Origin: Mycolicibacterium smegmatis
Lineage (GTDB): Bacteria > Actinomycetota > Actinomycetes > Mycobacteriales > Mycobacteriaceae
Length of the DNA stretch: 32,000 nucleotides
Assembly (NCBI RefSeq): GCF_001457595.1
Contig: NZ_LN831039.1
Span: 1,170,001 to 1,202,000 of the forward strand
Direction: 5' to 3'
The notes under the pieces were generated by a model. That model worked only from the letters and a program-made list of their open reading frames with translations, ran no database searches and was not told the origin of the DNA. Position numbers and translations under genes: made by a program. Below, in pieces: positions 23,379-31,411 of the stretch; positions within the stretch are counted from its first letter, which is position 1, and every line of letters starts with the position of its first letter.

Positions 23379-24686
23379 ATGGCAAGCTCCCCACGGCCCT
23401 TGGCCGCCACGAACGCAACATCACCAGCGTCGGCCGCGCCGCCGACCAGCCGGCGCACCATGCTCGCGCTCGGCCTCGGCAACACCCTCGAGTGGTATGA
23501 CTGGATGATTTTCGGCCTGCTTGCCGCCTACCTCGGCCCGCAGTTCTTCGCGCCCCAGGACTCCGTGTCGGCCACCCTCGACACGCTCGCCGTATTCGCG
23601 GTCGGATTCGTGATGCGCCCGCTCGGCGGCGTGCTCCTCGGCAACCTGGCCGACCGGATCGGCCGTCGCCGCGTGATGCTGCTGTCGGTCAGCTTGATGG
23701 CGGTCACCACGCTGGTGATCGCCGTGATGCCGACGTACGACACGATCGGTGTGTGGGCCGGCGTCCTGCTGCTGGTGCTGCGGATCTTGCAAGGCGTCTC
23801 GACCGGCATCGAGGCACCCCTGTCGACCGCTTACGCCGTGGAGGTCAACCCCGCCGGGCACGAGGGTCGCGCTGCGGGTTACATCAGCTTCTTCGTCAAC
23901 TTCGGCATCCTGCTCGCCTCGCTGGTCAGTTTCCTCACCAGTTATTTCCTGGGCGGCGACGAGATGGCGGCGTGGGGTTGGCGGGTCCCGATGCTATTCG
24001 GCGCAGCGATGGGCTTTTTCGTCCTGTACTTGCGCCGTACCCTGCCCGAGACACTGCACGATGAGGAGAAAGCCGAACAGAACGCCGGCACCTGGGGCGG
24101 TGTTCTCAAGCACTGGATCGGCCTTCTCGCAATGATTTTCGTAGTGGGCGCCGCGCAGGCCTACAACTACGCCTGGAACGTCGGCTTGCCCAGCCTGGCC
24201 CGCAGCACGTTCAACGAGGACCCCACCAGGATCTTCGCGGCCACAACCGCATTCGGCGTCATCCTGCTGATCGGTTCCATCGTCACCGGCCGTCTCGCCG
24301 ACCGGATCACGCTGTCGAAGGCCTTCATCGGCACGCGCCTGCTGGCCATCCCCGCCGTCTTCATGATGCTGCTCTACGCCGGGCCAGGCATGAGCACGTT
24401 CACCGTCGTGCTGCTCGTCGGCGGCGTGTTCCTGGTGGCGAACATGACCCTCTACAACGTCGTTTCCACCAGCCTGATGCCGAAGTACTGTCGCGCGACC
24501 GGCACCAGCCTGGGCTACGGCCTCGCAGTCGCAGCGTTCGGAGGCACCGCCTCCTACCTGTTGGTCTGGCTGCAACGCATCGGCCAACTCTGGGTCTTCC
24601 CGGCCTACACCGCGACCCTCGCCGCGATCAGCGTCGTCCTCTACATCATCGCCCGCCGCAAGAGCGGGACCTTCGCAGGAAAGTGA
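23379..24686 (+). CDS. MFS transporter, metabolite:H+ symporter (MHS) type, 435 aa
   Basis: N-terminal LEWYDWMIFGLLAAYLGPQFF and GNLADRIGRRRVMLLS motifs, as in KgtP/ProP-like carboxylate symporters. About 12 transmembrane segments. GGAGA Shine-Dalgarno 7 nt upstream. Confidence 0.9.
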   Translation: MASSPRPLAATNATSPASAAPPTSRRTMLALGLGNTLEWYDWMIFGLLAAYLGPQFFAPQDSVSATLDTLAVFAVGFVMRPLGGVLLGNLADRIGRRRVMLLSVSLMAVTTLVIAVMPTYDTIGVWAGVLLLVLRILQGVSTGIEAPLSTAYAVEVNPAGHEGRAAGYISFFVNFGILLASLVSFLTSYFLGGDEMAAWGWRVPMLFGAAMGFFVLYLRRTLPETLHDEEKAEQNAGTWGGVLKHWIGLLAMIFVVGAAQAYNYAWNVGLPSLARSTFNEDPTRIFAATTAFGVILLIGSIVTGRLADRITLSKAFIGTRLLAIPAVFMMLLYAGPGMSTFTVVLLVGGVFLVANMTLYNVVSTSLMPKYCRATGTSLGYGLAVAAFGGTASYLLVWLQRIGQLWVFPAYTATLAAISVVLYIIARRKSGTFAGK

Positions 24687-24694
24687 GTGCACCC

Positions 24695-26095
24695 ATGAAC
24701 ACCTCTGAGCTCGCCATCAGTAGCGATCAGCTGGACGCACCAATCGTCAGGCGCTCCGACGTGGTTGTGGTCGGCGGCGGTCCGGCCGGCGTGAGCGCCG
24801 CGGTGGCCGCGGCCCGCAGCGGCGTCGACGTGACTCTCGTGGAGCGCTATTCAGCGCTCGGGGGGCTTGCCTCCGGCGGGATGGTCCTGGTGCTCGACGA
24901 CATGGTGAACGGCAACGAGATCACCGTGCAAGGCATCGTCGACGAATACGTCGAGCGTATGGCCCGTCGTAACCACGCGGTCTACCCGCCGCGCGAAGAC
25001 TGGCACGCCGCGACCGAGCTGTGGAACAAGTGGGGTCGCTACGGCCTCTTCAACTTCCACTCCCACACCAACCCCAAGCCGATCTGCTACGCGGTCGCGT
25101 TCGACCCTGACGGCTGGAAGATCACCTCCAACGAGCTGGTCCGAGAGGCCGGTGTGCACCTGAGGATGCACAGCTGGTTCTCCCGTCCCGTCATCGACGA
25201 CGGCGCACTCAAAGGTGTTGTCGTCGAAACCAAGGCCGGTCCGCAGGCGATCATGGGCAACGTCGTGATCGACACCACCGGGGACATCGACGTGGCCTCT
25301 CGGTCCGGAGCGCCCTACGAGCACGACAAGTATCTGGTCACGCTCGTGTTCCGCCTGGGAGGTGTCGATACCGACGCCGCCGAGAGGTTCGAGCAGGAGA
25401 ACCCGCGTGAGGCCCGCGCGATCAACCGCCGCATCAAGCGGCTTCTCGGTGGAGCTTGGGAGTTGTGGTGGCTGAAGACACCGTTGCCCGGCGTGGTGTG
25501 GTGCAACACCCCGCACATGACCGGCTTCGACGGGGCGGACCCCGAGTCGCTGACGAACGCCGAGTTCGCCGCGAGGGAGCGAATCGACAACGCACTGACG
25601 GCCATCCGCGAGGATCTGCCCGGGTTCGAGAACGCCTACATCCTCGACGTCGCACAGCAGATGGGGGTGCGGCAGACACGGCTGCTGCGGGGTGAATACG
25701 TCGTCACCAAGGACGACGTGGTCAACCGGCGCCATTTCAGCGACAGCGTCGCCCGCGGCCGGGACTACTACACGCCCTACCGGTCTCTACTTCCTCGCGG
25801 GGTGGACCAGCTGCTCGTCGCCGGCCGCCACTACTCCGCGACGCCGGAGGCGCAAAGGATGTCACGCGAGATCCCACCTTGCATGGCACAAGGGCAGGCC
25901 GTCGGCATCGCTGCGGCGCTCGCCGTGGACAAGGGGCTCACCGTTCGTGAAGTCCCCACAAGCGAAATCCAGACGAGGATGCGCGACCAGGGCGCCGACC
26001 CCGGCGACCAGCCGTCCGCCAACGCCACGATCGACGAGGGCAGCGTGGCCCCCGCCGACCACTGCCCCGACCACCACAAGGAGACCGTCCGATGA
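24695..26095 (+). CDS. FAD-dependent oxidoreductase (FAD_oxidored / GIDA-like dinucleotide-binding fold), about 466 aa
   Basis: DVVVVGGGPAGVSAAVAAARSGVDVTLVER is a GxGxxG motif ending in an acidic residue; GDIDVASRSG region follows. An alternative GTG at 24683 overlaps the MFS stop (GTGA). Confidence 0.8.
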   Translation: MNTSELAISSDQLDAPIVRRSDVVVVGGGPAGVSAAVAAARSGVDVTLVERYSALGGLASGGMVLVLDDMVNGNEITVQGIVDEYVERMARRNHAVYPPREDWHAATELWNKWGRYGLFNFHSHTNPKPICYAVAFDPDGWKITSNELVREAGVHLRMHSWFSRPVIDDGALKGVVVETKAGPQAIMGNVVIDTTGDIDVASRSGAPYEHDKYLVTLVFRLGGVDTDAAERFEQENPREARAINRRIKRLLGGAWELWWLKTPLPGVVWCNTPHMTGFDGADPESLTNAEFAARERIDNALTAIREDLPGFENAYILDVAQQMGVRQTRLLRGEYVVTKDDVVNRRHFSDSVARGRDYYTPYRSLLPRGVDQLLVAGRHYSATPEAQRMSREIPPCMAQGQAVGIAAALAVDKGLTVREVPTSEIQTRMRDQGADPGDQPSANATIDEGSVAPADHCPDHHKETVR

Positions 26096-27273
26096 TCAGC
26101 GCCCTCGACGGAGTCGTCGTCCTCGACTTCACCCAGGTCTACATGGGTCCCAGCTGCACGCAGATGCTCGCCGACTACGGCGCCGAGGTGATCAAGGTCG
26201 AGCGCCCGAAAGTCGGTGATTTGAGCCGGAATTCGTTCCCGGACCCCGCAGGACAGGACAATCCGGTGTTCTTCTCGATCAACCGCAACAAGCGCAGCAT
26301 CACCGTCGACACCCGCACCGACGCAGGCAAGGACGTCATCCGCGACCTCGTACGGCGGGCCGACGTGGTAGTCAGCAACTTTCGGCACGGCGTCATCGAA
26401 CGCATGGGTTTCGGCTACGAAGAGTGCAAGCAACTCAACCCGCGGATCGTCTGGGCCTCCGGAACCGGCTTCGGCGAGACAGGGCCCTACGCCCACAAGG
26501 GCGGACAAGACGCGATCGCCCAGGCGTACTCCGGGGTGATGTGGCGCCGCGCCGACGACGCCACTCCGCTGACGGTCTACCCGACCACGTTGTGTGACTA
26601 CACCACGGGTATGCACCTCGCCCAGGGAATCCTGCTCGCGTTGCTCGCTCGGGACCGCACCGGCGAAGGCCAGAAGGTGCAGGTCAACATGTACGACTCG
26701 ATGCTGCACATGCAGATGCAGGAGGCCGCCGGCCAGCTGAACCGCGGCGAGGAGATCAACTGGGCCGCAATGCCATTGACTGGGGTCTTCGAGACGACCG
26801 ACGGCGCCGTGTGCATGGTCGGAGCGTTCAAGGAAAACCCACTCCGTGACATCTCGAAAGCCCTCGGGTTCGACGAGGACCTCTCCACCAGACCGGGCTT
26901 CGACACTCTGGAAGGACAGATCGAGCATCGAAGCGAACTGCAGGAGATCTTCCGCCGACGGTTCGCCCAAGACACCACTGAGCATTTCGTGTCTCGCCTG
27001 GAGGAGCAGGACATCCTCTGCGCACCCGTGCGCACCCTCAAAGAAGCCCTCGACGATCAGCAGACTGTGTGCAACGGCATGGTCGTGGAAATGCACCACC
27101 CGCACGCCGGCACCGTCAAGGTGCTCAACGCGCCGATCCGCCTGAGCGGCACGCCGAACACGACCCGCCGCCCGGCGCCGATGCTAGGCGAACACAACGA
27201 GGAGATCCTGCGCGAGCTCGGATACTCCGACGAGCAGGTCGCCGCCCTCCTCGACGAGGGGACAGTCCGATGA
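26092..27273 (+). CDS. Family III CoA-transferase (CaiB/BaiF/Frc type), 393 aa
   Basis: LDGVVVLDFTQVYMGPSCTQMLADYGAEVIKVERPKVGDLSR signature, with the conserved Asp region GGQDAIAQAYSG. ATGA overlap with the upstream gene; AAGGAGA Shine-Dalgarno. Confidence 0.9.
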   Translation: MISALDGVVVLDFTQVYMGPSCTQMLADYGAEVIKVERPKVGDLSRNSFPDPAGQDNPVFFSINRNKRSITVDTRTDAGKDVIRDLVRRADVVVSNFRHGVIERMGFGYEECKQLNPRIVWASGTGFGETGPYAHKGGQDAIAQAYSGVMWRRADDATPLTVYPTTLCDYTTGMHLAQGILLALLARDRTGEGQKVQVNMYDSMLHMQMQEAAGQLNRGEEINWAAMPLTGVFETTDGAVCMVGAFKENPLRDISKALGFDEDLSTRPGFDTLEGQIEHRSELQEIFRRRFAQDTTEHFVSRLEEQDILCAPVRTLKEALDDQQTVCNGMVVEMHHPHAGTVKVLNAPIRLSGTPNTTRRPAPMLGEHNEEILRELGYSDEQVAALLDEGTVR

Positions 27274-28076
27274 GCGAGAAGACCCGAACGGGGACCGACG
27301 AGATCCGCTACGACGTGAAAGGCCACGTCGCCCGCGTCACCTTCGACCGCCCGCATGTGCTCAACGCGCTCGACGCGAAGAGCACCCAGCGGTGCAACGA
27401 GATCTGGGATCAGATCGAAAACGACCCCAGTGTTCACGTCGTGGTGGTCACCGGCGCGGGCGAGAAGGCGTTCTGCACCGGCGCCGACATGTCGGTCGGC
27501 GGAGTCGGCAAGACCGGCGTTGACTACTGGGCCAGTCTCGACCCGAACGGGTTCGCGGGACTGTCGCTGCGTGAAACGCTCGACGTACCGGTGATTGCGC
27601 GGGTCAACGGCTACGCACTCGGGGGTGGGATGGAGACCGTGCTCGGCGCAGACCTCGTGATCGCCGCGGAGCACGCCACATTCGGCCTCACCGAGCCGCG
27701 GGTAGGCCGCGTTCCGCTGGACGGCGGCATGGTCAAGCTCCGCGAGCGGATTCCGCACACGCAGGCGATGTCTTTGCTGCTCACAGGGCGGAAGGCTTCG
27801 GCGCAGGAGATGGCCGACATGGGCCTGGTCAACGAGGTCGTGCCCATGGCCGAGCTCGACGCAGCCGTCGACCGTTGGGTGGACCAGATCCTCGCGTGCG
27901 CGCCCACCTCGTTGCGCGCGATCAAGCAGGTCGTCACCCGCACTGCCCATCTCTGCCCGAGGGAAGCGCATGCCGCGCGGCTGCCGGCGTTGATGGAGGC
28001 CCTGGTCAGCCCGAACGCCACCGAGGGTGTCGAAGCCTTTCAACAGAAACGCAAGCCGAACTGGAGTGACCGATGA
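27270..28076 (+). CDS. Enoyl-CoA hydratase/isomerase (crotonase) family protein, 268 aa
   Basis: VTFDRPHVLNALD, VVVTGAGEKAFCTGADM, GYALGGGMETVLGADL and FGLTEPRVG motifs. ATGA overlap upstream. Confidence 0.9.
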   Translation: MSEKTRTGTDEIRYDVKGHVARVTFDRPHVLNALDAKSTQRCNEIWDQIENDPSVHVVVVTGAGEKAFCTGADMSVGGVGKTGVDYWASLDPNGFAGLSLRETLDVPVIARVNGYALGGGMETVLGADLVIAAEHATFGLTEPRVGRVPLDGGMVKLRERIPHTQAMSLLLTGRKASAQEMADMGLVNEVVPMAELDAAVDRWVDQILACAPTSLRAIKQVVTRTAHLCPREAHAARLPALMEALVSPNATEGVEAFQQKRKPNWSDR

Positions 28077-28960
28077 ACAAGTTGATGCAACCCGGCGTGT
28101 GGGGTGTGCTGGCCACTCCTTTCTCCGGGTCCACCCTCGAGGTCGACGACAACGGTGTCGCCGCGCTGGCCGAACACGCCCAGGCAGTCGGCGCCACCGG
28201 ACTGACCGTGCTGGGTGTCTTCGGCGAAGCAGCCAAGCTGTCATGGGAAGAACGGCGCCGGGTCCTCGAGACGGTGCTCGACACCACCGAGCTGCCCCTC
28301 GTGGTGGGCTGCACCAGCCTGGCCACCGCGCCTGTCATCGACGAGGCGCGGATGGCCGTCGAGCTGGTCGGTGAACGGCTCGCCGGGGTCATGGTGCAGG
28401 CCAACAGCGCCGACCGCGCCACCCTCGCAACGCATTTGCGCGCGGTCAACGAAGCCACCGGCGCCGACGTCGTCGTGCAGGACTACCCGATCATCAGCGG
28501 TGTTCATGTGTCCGCCGGTGTGCTGGGTGACGTGGTCGCCCAATCGCCGTTTGTGACCGCGGTCAAGGCAGAAGCGCCTCCCACTCCGGTGGCCGTTGCC
28601 GAGCTGACCAGACGCGTCGACGTTCCCGTCTTCGGCGGGTTGGGCGGGATCAACCTGCTCGACGAGCTCGCGTGCGGCTCAGCCGGCGCCATGACCGGGT
28701 TCTCTTACCCCGAGGCGCTGGTCGCCACGGTCCGCGCCTGGCGGGACGGGGATCGGATGAAGGCCCGGGCTGCGCTCCTGGACCACCTGCCCCTGATCAC
28801 GTTCGAGCAGCAGGTGGGCATCGCGCTGGCAGTGCGCAAGGAGTGTTTGCGCCGACGCGGACTGATCGCCGAGTCCGGCGTACGACCACCCGGGCGGAGC
28901 CTGCCCGACTGCCTGGCACCTGTCCTGGCCACACACATCGACACCGTCGAAGGACGTTGA
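28073..28960 (+). CDS. DapA/DHDPS-family class I aldolase-like enzyme, 295 aa
   Basis: LTVLGVFGEAAKLS corresponds to the GTTGE region (here GVFGE). VVQDYP corresponds to the Tyr motif. VTAVKAEAP offers the candidate Schiff-base Lys. ATGA overlap upstream. Confidence 0.8.
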   Translation: MNKLMQPGVWGVLATPFSGSTLEVDDNGVAALAEHAQAVGATGLTVLGVFGEAAKLSWEERRRVLETVLDTTELPLVVGCTSLATAPVIDEARMAVELVGERLAGVMVQANSADRATLATHLRAVNEATGADVVVQDYPIISGVHVSAGVLGDVVAQSPFVTAVKAEAPPTPVAVAELTRRVDVPVFGGLGGINLLDELACGSAGAMTGFSYPEALVATVRAWRDGDRMKARAALLDHLPLITFEQQVGIALAVRKECLRRRGLIAESGVRPPGRSLPDCLAPVLATHIDTVEGR

Positions 28961-29734
28961 ATGGATCTGAAAATCAAGGACCGCGTCGCGCTCGTGCTCG
29001 CCTCCACCGCGGGCCTCGGAGCGGCGACCGCACGGGCACTCGCAAACGAAGGCGCCCACGTGGTCATCACCGGCCGCAACGCCGAGCGCGCCGAGCGACT
29101 CGCTGCCTCACTGCCCTCGGCGACCGCGGTCCCCGTCGACCTCACCGAACCACGAGCAGTCGAGCATCTGCTCACCGCGACGCGCGAGGCCTACGGCGAG
29201 CCCGACATCGTCGTCCTCAACGGGCCGGGCCCCAAGCCCGGCGCCGCTGCCGACCTGGACGCCGAGGACATCGACACCATCGGAGACCTACTGCTGAAAG
29301 CTCATGTGGCGCTGGTGAAGCGGACCCTGCCGCACATGCGCGCACAGGGCTGGGGACGCATCCTCGCGATCGGCTCAAGCGGTGTGCAAGACCCGCTCCC
29401 GATGCTGGTTGCCTCCAACATCGGACGTGCCGGCCTTGCGGCGTATCTGAAGACCCTCGCCTCCGAGGTGGCCGCCGATGGAGTCACCGTGAACCTGCAG
29501 CTGCCCGGCCGCATCGCCACCGACCGTGTCGCTGCCCTGGACGAGGCTGCCGCCCAACGTCAGGGCTGCAGCCCCGAGGAGGTCCGTGCCGCCTCGCAGG
29601 CGAAAATCCCGGCCGGTCGCTACGGGACGCCCGACGAATTCGGTGCGCTTGCCGCTTTCCTGTGCAGTTCCGCAGCCTCGTACATCACCGGCAGCGCCGT
29701 GCGCTGCGACGGCGGCATGCTCGCCCACCTCTAG
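28961..29734 (+). CDS. Short-chain dehydrogenase/reductase family protein with non-canonical cofactor and catalytic motifs, 257 aa
   Basis: SDR layout and length. The glycine motif reads LASTAGLG rather than TGxxxGxG. The position of YxxxK reads S-N-I-G-R by eye alignment (SNIGRAGLAAYLKTLASE vs YSASKAGVIGLTKSLAxE). ATG immediately follows the upstream TGA. Confidence 0.8.
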   Translation: MDLKIKDRVALVLASTAGLGAATARALANEGAHVVITGRNAERAERLAASLPSATAVPVDLTEPRAVEHLLTATREAYGEPDIVVLNGPGPKPGAAADLDAEDIDTIGDLLLKAHVALVKRTLPHMRAQGWGRILAIGSSGVQDPLPMLVASNIGRAGLAAYLKTLASEVAADGVTVNLQLPGRIATDRVAALDEAAAQRQGCSPEEVRAASQAKIPAGRYGTPDEFGALAAFLCSSAASYITGSAVRCDGGMLAHL

Positions 29735-29776
29735 CAGTCCTTGAGCCATACCAACCGAAAGACCCCAGGAGACAAC

Positions 29777-31204
29777 ATGATCAACGCCCAGAACCTGATC
29801 GCAGGGGCCTGGGTCGGCGACCCTGATTTCGAGCGCCGCAACCCCGCGAACCCCGACGAGGTCGTCGCCGTCGCGCCTTCCGCCGGCGCCGCAGACGTGC
29901 ACGACGCAGTGGCTGCGGCCTCGGACGCCCAGCCGGGCTGGGCTGCGCTGAGCCCCACGCAGCGTGGCGCCATCCTCATGGATGCTGCCGACCTGCTCCG
30001 CCGGCGACACGAAGATGTTGCGACCGACCTCACCCGCGAGGAGGGCAAGACCCGCGCCGAGGCGATGGGGGAGGTGCGCCGCGCCATCGACGTGCTGCGG
30101 TTCTTCGGCTCTGCTGGTTGGCGAACAGGCGGCGAGACGCTGCCAAGCACGATGCCGAACACCAGCGTGCACACCCGCCAGGAACCCCTCGGCGTGGTCG
30201 GGCTGATCACCCCGTGGAACTTCCCGATCGCGATCCCCGCCTGGAAGATGGCTCCGGCCTTGGTGTCCGGCAACGCCGTGGTGATCAAGCCTGCCGAGCT
30301 CACACCCTTGTCGGTCAACCACCTGGCCACCGCCCTGGTCGATGCCGGACTCCCCGCCGGAGTGCTCAACGTGGTGCACGGCTCGGGTTCTCTCGCCGGC
30401 GACGCGCTGATCCGCCACCAAGATGTCGCCGCCGTGTCCTTCACCGGGTCCACCGGCGTGGGCATGGCGATCCGTGACGTTCTCAATGCGCGCAATGCGC
30501 GTGTGCAGCTCGAGATGGGCGGCAAGAACGCCTATTTGGTGCTCGACGACGCCGACGTCGAGGCCGCCGCGGCCACCGTCGCAGCAGGCGCCTTCAGTCT
30601 CACCGGCCAGGCCTGCACCGCGACATCGCGGGTTTACGTCACCCCGGGTGTCCGAGAGGTCTTCGTCAAAGCCCTTCGCGAGAAGGCGCGCGCCATCGAA
30701 CCCGGCAACGGTCTGGACCCCGGCACCACCATGGGCCCCGTGGTCTCCGAGGCCCAACTTGCCAAGGATGTCGCGGCGATCCGTGCCGCGTCCGAAGCGG
30801 GGTTCGACGTCGGAGAGGTCCGCGACCACGAGGCCCAGTTCCTTGCGCCGGTTGTGGTCTCAGGCGTCTTGCACGATCATCCGCTTGCCACCGATGAGGT
30901 GTTCGGTCCGGTCGTCGGCGTCATCGATGTGGCGGACTACGAACAGGGACTGGACCTTGTCAACGACTCGTCTTATGGGCTCACGGCCGGGATCTGCACC
31001 CGGGACCTGGGCAAGGCCTACCACTTCGCCGCGCGGGCGCAGGTCGGCGTGGTCAAGATCAATCGTCCGACGACCGGGCTCGACCTGAACGTGCCGTTCG
31101 GCGGGGTTCGCGACTCCTCGACCAACACATTCCGCGAGCAAGGCGAGCGCGCCGTGGACTTCTACACCTGGACCAAGAGCGTCTACATCGGCCACGACCT
31201 GTAA
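29777..31204 (+). CDS. NAD(P)-dependent aldehyde dehydrogenase, 475 aa
   Basis: FTGSTGVG, LEMGGKNA (catalytic Glu) and GQACTATSRVYV (catalytic Cys) motifs. AGGAGA lies 4-5 nt before the ATG at 29777. The track start at 29741 is a TTG without a Shine-Dalgarno. Confidence 0.9.
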   Translation: MINAQNLIAGAWVGDPDFERRNPANPDEVVAVAPSAGAADVHDAVAAASDAQPGWAALSPTQRGAILMDAADLLRRRHEDVATDLTREEGKTRAEAMGEVRRAIDVLRFFGSAGWRTGGETLPSTMPNTSVHTRQEPLGVVGLITPWNFPIAIPAWKMAPALVSGNAVVIKPAELTPLSVNHLATALVDAGLPAGVLNVVHGSGSLAGDALIRHQDVAAVSFTGSTGVGMAIRDVLNARNARVQLEMGGKNAYLVLDDADVEAAAATVAAGAFSLTGQACTATSRVYVTPGVREVFVKALREKARAIEPGNGLDPGTTMGPVVSEAQLAKDVAAIRAASEAGFDVGEVRDHEAQFLAPVVVSGVLHDHPLATDEVFGPVVGVIDVADYEQGLDLVNDSSYGLTAGICTRDLGKAYHFAARAQVGVVKINRPTTGLDLNVPFGGVRDSSTNTFREQGERAVDFYTWTKSVYIGHDL

Positions 31205-31243
31205 GCGCCACCTCGTCCCGTTACCGCTTCCGCCGAGAGCGAC

Positions 31244-31280
31244 GAAAATGCCGTGTGGACACGCTCCACGCGGCATTTTC
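31244..31280 (+). terminator. Stem-loop terminator of the catabolic operon
   Basis: gaaaatgccgtgtgg (31244-31258) pairs with ccacgcggcattttc (31266-31280): 15-bp stem with one G-U, loop acacgct. It starts 40 nt after the aldehyde dehydrogenase stop. Confidence 0.6.
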
Positions 31281-31311
31281 GTTCCTCTCGACGCTAAATC
31301 GGGATAAGCCC

Positions 31312-31336
31312 GGGGGTTCGACTCCCCGCGAGTTCA
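31312..31336 (+). other. tRNA-like T-arm plus acceptor 3' fragment; not an intact tRNA gene
   Basis: GGGGG-TTCGACT-CCCCG contains the canonical GTTCGAnTC T-loop, followed by 7 nt (cgagttc). No complementary 5' acceptor strand or proper anticodon arm is present in the 80 nt upstream. Confidence 0.35.
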
Positions 31337-31411
31337 AAGGGTTACCCAGCACCGATTTGTTGCCACCATGGCCGAGTTCGTCACAAGCTCGTCAATGGGG
31401 GGAGGGCCGTC

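Noticed and set aside
31287-31336. Intact tRNA gene
   Set aside because: Only the T-arm and a 3' acceptor-like strand are present. There is no complementary 5' acceptor strand. The putative anticodon loop (cgctaaa) lacks the conserved U33, the variable region is too long, and the first T-stem pair is G-G.
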